In this document: positions 20,730 through 31,640 of the stretch, in pieces
How positions within the stretch are numbered: position 1 is the first letter of the stretch
Layout: each line of letters begins with the position of its first letter
Assembly (NCBI GenBank): GCA_963823655.1
Contig: CAWGMK010000006.1
Coordinates: forward strand, 32,001-96,000
DNA from: an uncultured Bacillota bacterium
GTDB taxonomy: Bacteria > Bacillota > DTU025 > MWDF01
Reading direction: 5' to 3'
DNA: 64,000 nt
Notes under the pieces: generated by a model
Told to the model about the DNA's origin: nothing
Database searches by the model: none
The model's input: the letters and a program-made list of their open reading frames with translations, nothing else
Program-made: the position numbers and the translations under genes

Positions 20730-21221
20730 CTAACGGGTAATCCTGAACTCCAGCAGTCTTCCGGGCCCCGCCTCTTGCACAAGGTCGACCAGGAAACCAT
20801 CCATCTGCAGGAAATGCCTGTCGTTTGCGGTCGTTACTGCTACCTCGAAACTCTCCATTACCCTGTTCATGTCGTAGTATCTGATGTACTCCGGGGTCAT
20901 CTCCATCTTCGCTCCCGGATCGGGCTCAGAGGGGAATCCCCATCCCATGTCCGCGAAATGAGTTTCGTAAAGCCTGAACTGCCAATCATCCGTTATCTCG
21001 AAGAAATCCGTCCAGTCGCTCAGCTGGACAGAGTGTTTAAAGGTAGTGCTGAACCTGTCTCCGGATACTACTTCAGCCTTGAATATCACCTCTTCGTCAT
21101 CTAAGGCGACAACTTCAAAATAATGCCTCCGGTCCAGCACCCTAAGCGTGAGAGCCGTGATGAGAACCAGAGCAAGCATTATTAATGAATATTTTAACCT
21201 ATTTGATGCCATTACTGCCAT
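20730..21221 (-). CDS. DUF1850-like TAXI-TRAP accessory protein
   Basis: F...FKHSV motif and GWGFP; lies between the TAXI receptor and the permease. Confidence 0.75.
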   Translation of the reverse strand: MAVMASNRLKYSLIMLALVLITALTLRVLDRRHYFEVVALDDEEVIFKAEVVSGDRFSTTFKHSVQLSDWTDFFEITDDWQFRLYETHFADMGWGFPSEPDPGAKMEMTPEYIRYYDMNRVMESFEVAVTTANDRHFLQMDGFLVDLVQEAGPGRLLEFRITR

Positions 21222-21237
21222 ATAGACGATTATAAAA

Positions 21238-21267
21238 CAAAAGGGACGCCCTTGCGGAGCGTCCCTT
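21238..21267 (-). terminator. Intercistronic hairpin after the TAXI receptor
   Basis: AAGGGACGC..GCGTCCCTT stem. Confidence 0.65.
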
Positions 21268-21288
21268 CATATTTCGTATCGGGAACCT

Positions 21289-22245
21289 TTACTTTATTAG
21301 GCCGACTTCCCTGTAGTACTGTACCGCGCCGGGATGCAGAGGGGCGCCGAGGCCTTCGATAGCTTCGGCCAACTTGATGGACGCGCCCTTGGCGTGGCCG
21401 GCTGCGATGTCAGCCTGCTTCTCGAATATGGTCTTGGTTATCGCATATACGACGCTGCTTGCAAGCTTCGTATCGGCGACGAGTATTGCCATGACTGCCA
21501 CTGACTTGGCTGAGTCAGGCTGGTTCGCTCCATATGCCTTGGCGGCGATTACAGTTCCTGCCATGAAGGGCATCTTCTTCTGGAGCTCAGCGATCTTGTC
21601 ATCCTCAATGGTCAGGATCCTGATCTTGTGGGTTATGGCAGTCTCGGTGATGGCTGCTGTGGGTACGCCGCCGGTCACGAAGAAAGCATCAAGGCCGCCG
21701 TCCTTGAACTTGGCAGAAGCCTGTGCGAAACTGCTGTACTCGTACTTCAGGTCCTTCTTGTAGTCCATACCGAATACGGACAACAGCTGGCCTGCGTTGA
21801 CTTCGGTGCCGGAGCCCAGGTCGCCGACTGATACCCTCTTGCCCTTGAGGTCTGCCACGGACTTGATGTCCGAGTCATACCTGACGACAATCTGGAGGGG
21901 CTCAGGATAGAGGTTGCATATTGCGCCGATGCCCTTGTAGGCAACGCCCGCGAACTGGCTGCCCGCGGTTCCGTTATACATAAAGAATGCCGTGTCGTTC
22001 TGGACTATTGCCAAGTCCATGTCGCCGACTTTGATTCCATTAAGGTTGGCGATAGAAGCGCCGGTTGAAACCGCGTTCATATTGATGTCCGCGTTATTCT
22101 TGTTGATTACGCCGGCGATAACGCCGCCCAGAGGGAAATAGGTTCCTGCCACGCCGCCGGTGCCCAGAGTAAGGTCGCTCTTTGCCATGGCGATCATCGA
22201 CAGGGACATGATGACTGCGAGTCCGATAAGCAATGCTCTCTTCAT
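21289..22245 (-). CDS. TAXI-family TRAP solute-binding protein
   Basis: GTGGVAGTYFPLG, STGASIAN, LYPE, DLKGKRVSVG..GSGT, PLHPGA. Confidence 0.93.
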   Translation of the reverse strand: MKRALLIGLAVIMSLSMIAMAKSDLTLGTGGVAGTYFPLGGVIAGVINKNNADINMNAVSTGASIANLNGIKVGDMDLAIVQNDTAFFMYNGTAGSQFAGVAYKGIGAICNLYPEPLQIVVRYDSDIKSVADLKGKRVSVGDLGSGTEVNAGQLLSVFGMDYKKDLKYEYSSFAQASAKFKDGGLDAFFVTGGVPTAAITETAITHKIRILTIEDDKIAELQKKMPFMAGTVIAAKAYGANQPDSAKSVAVMAILVADTKLASSVVYAITKTIFEKQADIAAGHAKGASIKLAEAIEGLGAPLHPGAVQYYREVGLIK

Positions 22246-22549
22246 CGTATTCCTCCTTAGTATATTTTTGGGATTTCTTGACTATTGCCTAACCAATTCT
22301 AAAGATACCATAATAAGATTTCTTCGCAACACGGATATCTCCTTCACTTCCCATAGAAAAAACGCCGGATTGCGAGTTCTATCAGATTCGACGAGGCATT
22401 TTCCTATTTGTTCCAGCATTGTAACTCCTATTTGTTGTGCCGTTAAAAATACCGGAATCTAGGTGGGGATTGTTCGACATATGCATTTGGTTGGATTAGA
22501 ATAAATGTTGTTGATTCAGGCAAAAGCGCAATTTAGGAGGGAATGGGAA

Positions 22550-23281
22550 TTGCTAAGCATTAAAGGGCTGTCTAAGAGCTACAGCAAGAACAACATCAAG
22601 GCGGTCGACAACCTGAACCTTGAAATAAAAGCGGGGGAGATATACGGCTTCCTCGGACCCAACGGAGCCGGGAAAACCACGACGATTAAGATGATAGTTG
22701 GCCTTCTGCGGCCGGACTCCGGTACGATTACGGTGAACGGGCATGACGTCGCCAAGGAGCCCGTTGCGGCGAAAGCTTCGATCGCCTTCGTCCCGGACAC
22801 CCCTGAGCTCTTCGACAAGCTGACGGGCGTAGACTATCTAAACTTCATGGGGGATATCTACGGAGTAAGCACCGCAGACCGCAAGGCAAGGGCCAAGAAG
22901 CTGCTGACGATGTTCGACCTTGAAGCCGCGGCGGGCGATCTGATATCCTCATACTCCCACGGCATGAGGCAGAAGATGGCTCTGACAGGCGCTTTGCTTT
23001 CCATGCCCAAGGTCATGGTGCTGGATGAGCCCATGGTGGGACTTGATCCAAAGTCAGCCCATCTGTTCAAGGAGCTCATGAACGAGCACTGCGCCTCAGG
23101 CGGCACTGTGTTCTTCTCCACACATATACTCGACGTTGCCGAGAGGCTGTGCCACAGGGTTGGGATAATAAAGGGCGGAAGGCTCATAGCAGAGGGCACT
23201 ATGGACCAGCTCAAGTCCAATATGCAGGGAAGCACGGGCGAGTCGCTCGAGAACATCTTCCTTGAACTGACGGAGAGATAG
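22550..23281 (+). CDS. ABC-2 type ATP-binding protein
   Basis: GPNGAGKTT, YSHGMRQK, DEPMVGLD; AGGAGG RBS before TTG. Confidence 0.9.
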   Translation: MLSIKGLSKSYSKNNIKAVDNLNLEIKAGEIYGFLGPNGAGKTTTIKMIVGLLRPDSGTITVNGHDVAKEPVAAKASIAFVPDTPELFDKLTGVDYLNFMGDIYGVSTADRKARAKKLLTMFDLEAAAGDLISSYSHGMRQKMALTGALLSMPKVMVLDEPMVGLDPKSAHLFKELMNEHCASGGTVFFSTHILDVAERLCHRVGIIKGGRLIAEGTMDQLKSNMQGSTGESLENIFLELTER

Positions 23282-23283
23282 GC

Positions 23284-24987
23284 ATGAACCCAACTATGCA
23301 GTATTTTGCCCTTGTAAAGGCGCTTTTCAAGATCAATTTCAACATTGGCTACTGGAAGGCGAACTTCAAGAACAAGATTACCTTGAAATTCGTCGGCCAG
23401 GCTGTGCTCGGCCTGCTGGTAGTAGCCGTGCTTGCGTTCTATGAAGTGATGTTCATTCTGCTGCTGAAGAACATGTATCCGAGGCTGGCGGCGGCAGGGC
23501 AACAGAGTTCGATGCTGACGCTTGGCATATCCATGAGCCAGATTATGGTGCTCATATTCGGCATGTTCTATGTGATTGCCGCTTTCTACTACGCCAAGGG
23601 GACATCTCAGTTGATGGCAATGCCCATGAAGCCGGCGACGGTGATGATGGGCAAGTTCACAATAGTCCTCATAAATGAATACTTGACAGAGATCCTGATA
23701 TTGGGCCCCATCATGGGGGTCTATGGAGCGATGTCGGGGGCTGGGATAGGCTACTGGGTCATGTGCATCCTGGTATTCCTGCTGGCACCGATGCTTCCTC
23801 TGGCAATCGCGTCGGTCATGGCCATGCTGCTGGCCGGAGTCATTGCAAGAGGCCGCAACAAGACGTTCATGAACCTGATAGGCATACTGATATTCATGGT
23901 GGCATACTTCGGATTCCAGTACTTCGCCCTCTTCAAGATGCCACAGGACAATTCAAGCATTATGCAATACCTGGCAACGATGAACTACAACCTGGCGCTG
24001 GCCGCATCCAGGAATTTCCCGCCAAGCTTCTGGGGGACAGTTGCGGTAGCAGAAGGCTTCAATACCGTGGGGATGAAATTCCTTGCGCTGTTTGCTGGCG
24101 TCTCAGCAGCGGGTACAGCGATAATGGGCTTCCTGGGTTCTAAGTACTACTACGGCGTGATCATGTCCGGCGGCGAGACGGCAACCAAGCGCAGCAAGGT
24201 TGTTGACGGCGAGATGGTCAGCAAGCTCGTCCAGGGCGATCCCCTGGCAACATTGGCATCCAAGGACCACAAAGTCGTCATGAGGACGTCCTCATACCTT
24301 ATGAACTGCGGCGTGCTGCCTCTGATGTGGCCCGGACTGATATTCATGTATTCGCTGTTCGGAAGGAACATTGCCTCTAGCGAGCCCGAGGATCAGCTGA
24401 TACAGTTCATATCGACGCTCAACGTCCCGTGGCTGAAGACCGTGGCGTTCATGATAATCATGCAAATGGTTACCACTGGATCCATGATCGCATCTACCGC
24501 CTTCTCAAGAGAGGGGCACTCGATTGCGATTACCAAGGCGCTGCCCATAAGCGGCAAGAATGTTGTGCTGGCAAAGATAAGGTACGCTCTGATATTCCAG
24601 CTGGTAACGAGCATTCCGATAATGGCAGTGCTGCAGTACCTGTTCAAGCTCTCACTGCCAAACGCCGTGATCGCGATCGTCGTAGGGCAGATAAGCGGCC
24701 TTTGGGCGATATTCGGGGGCATGCTGATGGACCTTGCCAGGCCCTATCTCAACTGGACCGACCCTACCAGGGCGGTCAAGCAGAACATCAACGCGGTCGT
24801 GCCGATGTTCGCAGGCTGGGGCCTTATGTTCGCGCAAGGCTACGCGGTCTATAAGATGTTGCTGGCAGGCTGGGAGGGCTGGCTGCCCATAACCCTTGTG
24901 GCGGCTTTCAATGTGCTGCTTGCGGCCATTACGTTCACAGCCCTTATGGCATACGCCGAGAAGGGCTATAACAGGATAGAGATATAA
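23284..24987 (+). CDS. ABC-2 type exporter permease
   Basis: Many TM segments; SREG and PYLNW..AVKQN motifs; follows the ATPase. Confidence 0.8.
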   Translation: MNPTMQYFALVKALFKINFNIGYWKANFKNKITLKFVGQAVLGLLVVAVLAFYEVMFILLLKNMYPRLAAAGQQSSMLTLGISMSQIMVLIFGMFYVIAAFYYAKGTSQLMAMPMKPATVMMGKFTIVLINEYLTEILILGPIMGVYGAMSGAGIGYWVMCILVFLLAPMLPLAIASVMAMLLAGVIARGRNKTFMNLIGILIFMVAYFGFQYFALFKMPQDNSSIMQYLATMNYNLALAASRNFPPSFWGTVAVAEGFNTVGMKFLALFAGVSAAGTAIMGFLGSKYYYGVIMSGGETATKRSKVVDGEMVSKLVQGDPLATLASKDHKVVMRTSSYLMNCGVLPLMWPGLIFMYSLFGRNIASSEPEDQLIQFISTLNVPWLKTVAFMIIMQMVTTGSMIASTAFSREGHSIAITKALPISGKNVVLAKIRYALIFQLVTSIPIMAVLQYLFKLSLPNAVIAIVVGQISGLWAIFGGMLMDLARPYLNWTDPTRAVKQNINAVVPMFAGWGLMFAQGYAVYKMLLAGWEGWLPITLVAAFNVLLAAITFTALMAYAEKGYNRIEI

Positions 24988-24989
24988 GG

Positions 24990-25481
24990 ATGGGCAGGGA
25001 CGTTTACCTTTCGCTGGGCTCAAACCTGGGCGACAGGCAGGACAATCTTAAAAGGGCGGTGTCGGAGCTTGAAAAGGAGCTCGGCACCGCCCTTTTCCCT
25101 TCAAGCTTGTACGAGACTGAACCATGGGGATATCTTGACCAGCCGAAGTTTCTGAACATGTGTGCAAGGTTTCAAAGCGAAATTAGCCCGGAAGGGCTGC
25201 TTTCAGTTGTAAAGCTGGTCGAAAAGAGGCTCGGCAGGCGCAAGTCGGTGAGGTGGGGTCCCCGGCTCATAGACATCGACATTCTGATGATGGGAGATCT
25301 GGAACAAAGCTCGGAAAAGCTGACATTGCCCCATCCCAGGATGTGGGAAAGGGCGTTCGTGATGGTTCCGCTCGCAGAAATCGAACCGGGGCTGCAAAGC
25401 CCGGAAGGCCTCAAGAGCGAAGAGGCTGCGAGGAGGCTTGATCCCGAGGGGAAGGTCAAAGTAGCAGGAAAGCTCCGCTAG
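24990..25481 (+). CDS. folK: 2-amino-4-hydroxy-6-hydroxymethyldihydropteridine diphosphokinase
   Basis: YLSLGSNLG, YETEPWG, WGPRLIDIDIL, LPHPRMWERAFV. Confidence 0.95.
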   Translation: MGRDVYLSLGSNLGDRQDNLKRAVSELEKELGTALFPSSLYETEPWGYLDQPKFLNMCARFQSEISPEGLLSVVKLVEKRLGRRKSVRWGPRLIDIDILMMGDLEQSSEKLTLPHPRMWERAFVMVPLAEIEPGLQSPEGLKSEEAARRLDPEGKVKVAGKLR

Positions 25482-25497
25482 AACCGCAATCTGCAGC

Positions 25498-26211
25498 TTA
25501 CAGCCTCTTATAGGTATCGATTGTGCCGATATCGATGAATGCCCCATCCGCCACATAGCCATTTACCACGGTCTTATCCTTAAGCCAGCCGATTATCTTG
25601 CCGAGCGCGTCCTTGGGATTTCCGTGCTCCAGGTACTCATCTATGCAATGAAGGGCCTCTTTTGTGAAGATATAGGCAGCATATGCTGCGAGATTTGACC
25701 TGGGGCACTGAGGCTTCTCCTCGAAGCCCACAATCCTTCCATGTCCGTCAAGCTCGGCCACTCCCAGCCTCTTTAGATACTCCGGGTCGGCCACTTCCTG
25801 CACTATTACGCTGCATACATGATGCTCGCGGTAATCATCAATAAAACCTCTGAGGCTGAACGCAAGGTGGCTGTCGCCGGCGATTACGAGTATATCGTCA
25901 TCATATCCCATGTGATTTACGGCCAATGCCATATCCGCGATGGCGCCGAGGGCATTGTCGGGCAAATCTACGCCATTGGAGATCACTTCAATCGAGGCGT
26001 CGGGCGGTGCCTGCTTAAGAAGCTCTACATAGTCCTGGTAATGCGTTGCGTTGGAGATTATGGTGATCTGTTTTATGCCAGATGAGATGAGGTTCTCATA
26101 TATGTTCTGCACCAGGGGCCTGCCGTTGACTGGCAGCAGAGGTTTGGGAGTGGTCAGCGTAATTGGGAACATCCTTTTTCCGTATCCTGCGCATAATATC
26201 AGCGCCTTCAT
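25498..26211 (-). CDS. Sugar-phosphate nucleotidyltransferase family protein
   Basis: ILCAGYGKRMFPIT..PKPLL, FEEKP, DIGT. Confidence 0.85.
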   Translation of the reverse strand: MKALILCAGYGKRMFPITLTTPKPLLPVNGRPLVQNIYENLISSGIKQITIISNATHYQDYVELLKQAPPDASIEVISNGVDLPDNALGAIADMALAVNHMGYDDDILVIAGDSHLAFSLRGFIDDYREHHVCSVIVQEVADPEYLKRLGVAELDGHGRIVGFEEKPQCPRSNLAAYAAYIFTKEALHCIDEYLEHGNPKDALGKIIGWLKDKTVVNGYVADGAFIDIGTIDTYKRL

Positions 26212-26405
26212 GGGGCACCTCCGCCAAGGTAATCATTGAGGCTGATTTGATTATATCCCATTGCAGGGGCCCTTTGTACTCCTTAGCTTCCAACCTATCC
26301 CAGAAGTTACAGGATAATAGCGGCTTATTGCCCTAAAAAGCTGGGAGCGCCTCCCTTTTGGAAGGCGCCCCCTCTTACGCAGGATTGCCAGGCGGGTACT
26401 TTCAT

Positions 26406-27050
26406 CTAAATCATGTTGCCGTCTTCGTACTCCACTTCGATGCTCTTGAAAAGGATGGGAGGGGTAGAGTAAATGCCGTGGCATGTGGAGCTTATGGAAA
26501 CGTACGAAAATGGCGATTGGTAGTAGGCATCATCGAAATCCCAGATCGGGCTGCCATTCATAGTGACTGTATAGTGGTTTCCGGATTTTACGATGAGCAT
26601 GGTATTCACTTGGCCAGCCAGGATGCCGGGCAGCCCCCAACCCTGATCATAGACGATGTGCTCGCCGCTGGATGGCCCGCTGGCCCTTACGGAATTGAAT
26701 TCCATCATAGGATCGCCTTCCAGGAAATAGAAAGAAATATAACTGTCTCCATCACCAATAGGGACTCTGCTAAGCAAAACAACTACCTCTGCGGAGACAT
26801 CATCATTGGTGGCAAGGCCGAACTTAATTGTCAGTGAATAATCTCCCATCCAAGCATAATAGGGAGATACAATATCCCCGTCCTGCAAGAATAGCCCGTC
26901 ATCGGAGAGGCTATAAAGCTCAAATACGGTCCAACCTTCAAGTTCGTCCATTTCGGTAAACTTGGCTATCCAGGTACTCTTGCTGCAACCCGAAAGCCCA
27001 AAAGCCAGGAGAAGGGCGATTGCCGCAATAACCAGCGCCCGGTACTTCAT
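26406..27050 (-). CDS. Hypothetical lipoprotein, beta-sandwich (ConA/LamG-like)
   Basis: Lipobox LSGC; beta-rich; paralogous to 27283..27928. Confidence 0.65.
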   Translation of the reverse strand: MKYRALVIAAIALLLAFGLSGCSKSTWIAKFTEMDELEGWTVFELYSLSDDGLFLQDGDIVSPYYAWMGDYSLTIKFGLATNDDVSAEVVVLLSRVPIGDGDSYISFYFLEGDPMMEFNSVRASGPSSGEHIVYDQGWGLPGILAGQVNTMLIVKSGNHYTVTMNGSPIWDFDDAYYQSPFSYVSISSTCHGIYSTPPILFKSIEVEYEDGNMI

Positions 27051-27282
27051 TTCTTCACCTCCAGTCAGAATGACTGATTATATATTCTTCATTATTTGAA
27101 ATATTCCTTGATGCTTCCTAATGACAAGCAAGCAGAAGCTCATTAGTGAGGATTTCTCTGAATATGCCTGGAGAAATGGACAATAAACTGCGGCTTTCTT
27201 ATAGCAAGTACAAGGGCTGGCAGGAAAATATTGCAATGCGTGTAATATCCTATATATGAGCATAGCTTGGAGGTGAGTTGCC

Positions 27283-27928
27283 ATGTTAAGGCGAGGGGCA
27301 TTGCTGCTTGTTGTTCTGGCGATTTTACTGTTTGCATGCGGGTGCGAGCCGAAGCTCTATTATTTCAGCTTCGAGGATGAACAGCAGCTGGATAACGAGG
27401 AAGGATCATGGATGGTATCTGTTCCCGGAAATTATGCATTTGCTGATGATGGGATTGCGCTTAATACTAGTATGATTTACGGTCCGCACAAATATAAAGG
27501 CGACTTCAAGTTCACTCTGGAGTTCAAGCTCGATACAGGTGAAGGGACGCCTGTCGCTTATGGTATTCATGGCTGATGAGCCCACAGCTGCCATGTTCGT
27601 TGGTAATATGCTGGGAATTGGTTTCTACGATATTGGGGAAGCAGCTGAGAATTTTATGGTTTTGGAACATGCAGAAGGGCACAGCAATACCCTTCCATTC
27701 GATATCGACATACCGGGGCTTGTTAATGTGGGCGAGAATGCCCTATGCATCACGAAAACCGATGATCATATCAACTTCAAGCTAAATGAAAGCGTACTCT
27801 ATGATTATGATTTGCAATACTACGCGAGCGAATGGTTCTGTCCTCATTTGATTGCTTTAACTCCATCTAGTTCCCTTATCATAAGAAGCTGCAGCATTGA
27901 ATATCAGGGCAGCAGGGCCGAGATGTAG
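27283..27928 (+). CDS. Hypothetical lipoprotein, paralog of the divergent neighbour (frameshift near 27555)
   Basis: GGAGG RBS; Cys-containing lipobox; two overlapping ORFs together align with the neighbour. Confidence 0.6.
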
Positions 27929-27951
27929 TCCTAGACACAGGATTGGATAGC

Positions 27952-27985
27952 GAACGCCGCCACAGCAAAATCCATGGCGGCGTTC
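27952..27985. terminator. Hairpin between convergent genes
   Basis: GAACGCCGCCA..TGGCGGCGTTC. Confidence 0.7.
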
Positions 27986-28003
27986 AACAATATTTATTAG
28001 GCG

Positions 28004-29197
28004 CTATCTCTCTACGAGCACCGCAATGCCCATGCCCCCGCCTATGCACAAGCTGGCAAGCCCCTTCTTGTTACCCCTTTTCTGCATCTCATACAGCAAC
28101 GTAATGATAATCCTGGCGCCGGAAGCGCCTACCGGGTGGCCAAGCGCAATCGCGCCTCCGTTTACATTGACTATGGATGCATCCACCCCGCCGAAGTCCT
28201 TCTTAAGGCCTTTCATTACGGCGATGGATTGTGCCGCGAAAGCCTCATTGAGCTCGACCAGCTCGACATCCTTGAGGCTCCAGCCCGACCTATCAAGCGC
28301 TTTTCCTATCGCGGGCACCGGCCCGTAGCCCATTATCTTGGGATCCACCCCTGCTGCGCCATAAGAGACGAGCTTTGCTAGTACTTTCAGGTTGTTCTTC
28401 TTCGCGAATTCGGCGCTCGTAAGCACCAGGAATGCGCCGCCGTCGTTTATGCCGGAGGAATTTGCTGCAGTCACTCTGCCGTCCTGCTTGAATGCCGGCT
28501 TCAGCTTTGCCAGGGCATCTGCGGTGACGCCCTTCCTGGGGAACTCATCGGTATCGATGACCACGGGATCGCCCTTCCTCTGGGGTATTACGACAGGTAC
28601 GATCTCATCCTTGAACTTGCCGGCTGCCATGGCGGCTTCGCATTTCTGCTGGCTTTTAGCTGCGAATACGTCCATCTCCTCGCGGGTGATGGACCATTCA
28701 TCGGCCAGGTTCTCAGCGGTGACGCCCATATGGTAGTTGTTGAACACGTCGGTGAGCCCGTCCTTGATCATCGAGTCCACAAGCGCGGCATCGCCCATCC
28801 TGGCGCCGTACCTTGCAGAGGGCACCAGATAGGGCGCCTGGGACATGTTTTCCACGCCGCCTGCCAGTATAACCTCGGCGTCCCCGAGCATTATCGACTG
28901 GGCACCGAGCACTACTGCCTTCATCCCTGATCCGCAAAGCTTGTTGACGGCGTATGCCGGCCTTTCGACCGGCACGCCCGCCTTAATGGCTACCTGCCTG
29001 CCGACTCCTTGCCCCAAACCTGCCTGCAGAATGCAGCCTACTATGGTCTCGTCCACCTGATCTGCCTTAAGCCCCGCCTGCTCAAGCGCCGCCTTGGCAG
29101 CCACCGCTCCCAGCTCTACAGCGGATACATCCTTGAAAACTCCGCCGAAGGAACCGATAGCCGTCCGCTTCGCGCCAACGATAACTACTTCCCTCAT
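28004..29197 (-). CDS. atoB: Acetyl-CoA C-acetyltransferase (thiolase)
   Basis: [33 protein letters not shown]. Confidence 0.95.
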   Translation of the reverse strand: MREVVIVGAKRTAIGSFGGVFKDVSAVELGAVAAKAALEQAGLKADQVDETIVGCILQAGLGQGVGRQVAIKAGVPVERPAYAVNKLCGSGMKAVVLGAQSIMLGDAEVILAGGVENMSQAPYLVPSARYGARMGDAALVDSMIKDGLTDVFNNYHMGVTAENLADEWSITREEMDVFAAKSQQKCEAAMAAGKFKDEIVPVVIPQRKGDPVVIDTDEFPRKGVTADALAKLKPAFKQDGRVTAANSSGINDGGAFLVLTSAEFAKKNNLKVLAKLVSYGAAGVDPKIMGYGPVPAIGKALDRSGWSLKDVELVELNEAFAAQSIAVMKGLKKDFGGVDASIVNVNGGAIALGHPVGASGARIIITLLYEMQKRGNKKGLASLCIGGGMGIAVLVER

Positions 29198-29224
29198 AAA
29201 AGACACCTCCAAGCCCACAAGGAG

Positions 29225-30538
29225 CTAAATGATATTCATCGCCTTTGCCTTATCCTCAAGCTCAGCCCTGAAATTGGGATGAGCAATCGAGATCAGAGCC
29301 TTCGCCCTCTCCCTGACGCTCCTGCCCCTTAAAGAGGCTATGCCGTTCTCGGTGACAACGAAGTCCACATTTGACCTGTGAAGGGTCACAAATGATCCCT
29401 CCGCTAGCATCGGGGTTATCGTCGAGATCGTGCCTCCTCTTGCCGTGGAGTAGCAGGCGATAATGGACTTTCCCTTGCCGTCCAGGCCCTCTACGGCGCC
29501 GATTGCGGTGTCAGACTGGCCGCCGGTCCCGGAGTACTGGACCGGGCCAATCGATTCGGAGGCCACCTGGCCTGTAAGGTCCACCGAAAGGCAGTGTATT
29601 AATGGATACCATCTTCGTATTCTGCCTTATTACGCATGGGTCGTTGACCCATCTGCCCCTGTGGAATTCGACCACGGGATTGTCATCCACCCAGTCGTAG
29701 AGCTTCTTGGAGCCCATGCAGAAGGTGGTAATCGCCCTGTTCTTCATGAAGCCCTTCTTAGAATTGGTGATGACGCCCATCTCGTACAGCTCCATCATCG
29801 AATCCACGAACATCTCGGTGTGGACGCCAAGATCGTGCTTGTCCTTGAGGGCGAGGGCTGCGGCATTCGGTATGCCGCCGATCCCCAGCTGTATCGTGCT
29901 GCCGTCTTCTACAAGCTCCGCTATGTGGCCGCCGATCATCAGATCGACCGGGTCCCGGCTGCATGCCGGGCATCTCCGGTACCGTCTGGGTATTCTCCAC
30001 GAAGATGTCGACATCGCGAACGTTGACGAGCGTGTCGCCGAATGCCCTTGGCATCTTCTCATTGACCTCAAGGATTACAAGGTCTGCGTTCTCCAGCACG
30101 TCCTTCTCATAGGTGAGGCTCATCCCCAGCAGTGACATTGCCGTGCCTGTCGGGCGGCGTGCAGGTGCCCATGAAGATGTTCGGCTTCTTGGCGTACATC
30201 CTGTCCATGGCCGCCCTGTGCAACATGTTGGGTACGAAGGTCACGGTACCGTAGCCCTTCTTAATAATCTCCCTGATGTTGGCCGTATGGAACCACGAAT
30301 TGAGCTCGAATATGCCCTTCATCTCGGGCTTCATGTAGAAGTCGTAGGGCAGCAGCGTTAGGCACGAGAACACTTTGATGTTCTCGGCCCAGGCAGCGGC
30401 CTTGTGCATCTGGCCCATCAGGCCCTGCGGCTCGCTTGCGCACATCGCCACCACTATGTCGTCATCGGTCTTTATCTTGCTAACGGCCTCTTCTATGGAC
30501 ATTAGCTTGCTCTTGTAGATTTCTTTCCAATCGGGCAT
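29225..30538 (-). CDS. Acetyl-CoA hydrolase/4-hydroxybutyrate CoA-transferase family (three frameshifts)
   Basis: DGSTIQLGIGGIPNA, DLGVHTEM, GTGGQSD, VVTENGIASLRG, IAHPNFR spread over four ORF pieces. Confidence 0.88.
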
Positions 30539-30632
30539 GGGGCACCTCCAAAAATGTACTGCCTGGTCACCGGAGAGATTGCTACTATCTGTTCCTGTTC
30601 CGGGGCCTTGCACTATCTGAAACAGACTCTCT

Positions 30633-31640
30633 TTAGTACTTAAACAGGTTAGCCGCTACCGAAAGCCCTGAGCCTGAGGCCATGAAGGCAACGATGTCGC
30701 CGCGCTTGATCCGGCCCTCCTTGACTGCCGTGTGGAATGCCATGGGCACGCAGCCCGATCCGGTGTAGCCGTAGCGGTCCATGACCATGGTGGTCTTCTC
30801 CATCGGAAGGCCCAATATCGCCATGATGTCCACTATAAGGGACTTGTTGATCTGGGTGAAGATGATGTGGTCGAGGTCTGCGAGCTTGATGCCGCCCTTC
30901 TTCAGAAGGTCCTCGACAATGCCGGGCCAGAGCTTGAGGTTCCTGTCGGGGGGCAGCCTCTGCAGGTTCTCAAGGCCCCATTTGCCCTCCTCAAGCAGCT
31001 CGCAGGTGGGCTGCCTGTGCGCGCCCCCTGTGTATATGCCGATGTAATCCCACTGCGTACCGTCGGCAGCGAATGAGGACTCGATGAAGCCGGACTTGCC
31101 CGTTTCATCCCTGCCCAATATGAATGAGCCTGCGCCGTCTGCGAAGATCGAGTAACCGAAGACGTCTCCGGGCCTCAGGAAGGCCGGCATGTTATAAACC
31201 CCGGTAACACAGGCGTACTCGATGCTTCTGTCAGTCGCCATTATCCTGGCGGCAGTGCTGAAGGCGGACGTGAAACTTGCGCATGATGCCACTATGTCGA
31301 AAGCCGGCACCGGCATCTGGCCGCCCTGGATTCTTCCCTGCAGCATGACTGCAGTGGCGGGGGAGATGTACTCGGGAGTGTCGGTCCCCACCAGGAAAAG
31401 GCCGATCTGTGAGGCCGATATGCCGGCATCCGCGATGGCTTGCTTAGCCGCTTTTTCCGCGAAGTCCAGAGTGCTTTCATCTATGCCCCTGAGCCTTGCC
31501 ATATGCCTTGTCCTGTAGCCCAGCTTGGCCTCGGTCTTCTCCGCGTCGAACTGGATCTGGGCGAGCTTCATCAGCTCGTAATTGTCTATAGGCTCCCCCG
31601 GCGCATACAACCCGGTGCCTACGATCTTAACCGGTAACAT
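30633..31640 (-). CDS. FabH/KAS III-like protein, non-canonical active site
   Basis: FDIVASCASF catalytic Cys and FADGAG; FTQIN and YGYT replace the usual HQAN and GNT. Confidence 0.8.
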   Translation of the reverse strand: MLPVKIVGTGLYAPGEPIDNYELMKLAQIQFDAEKTEAKLGYRTRHMARLRGIDESTLDFAEKAAKQAIADAGISASQIGLFLVGTDTPEYISPATAVMLQGRIQGGQMPVPAFDIVASCASFTSAFSTAARIMATDRSIEYACVTGVYNMPAFLRPGDVFGYSIFADGAGSFILGRDETGKSGFIESSFAADGTQWDYIGIYTGGAHRQPTCELLEEGKWGLENLQRLPPDRNLKLWPGIVEDLLKKGGIKLADLDHIIFTQINKSLIVDIMAILGLPMEKTTMVMDRYGYTGSGCVPMAFHTAVKEGRIKRGDIVAFMASGSGLSVAANLFKY

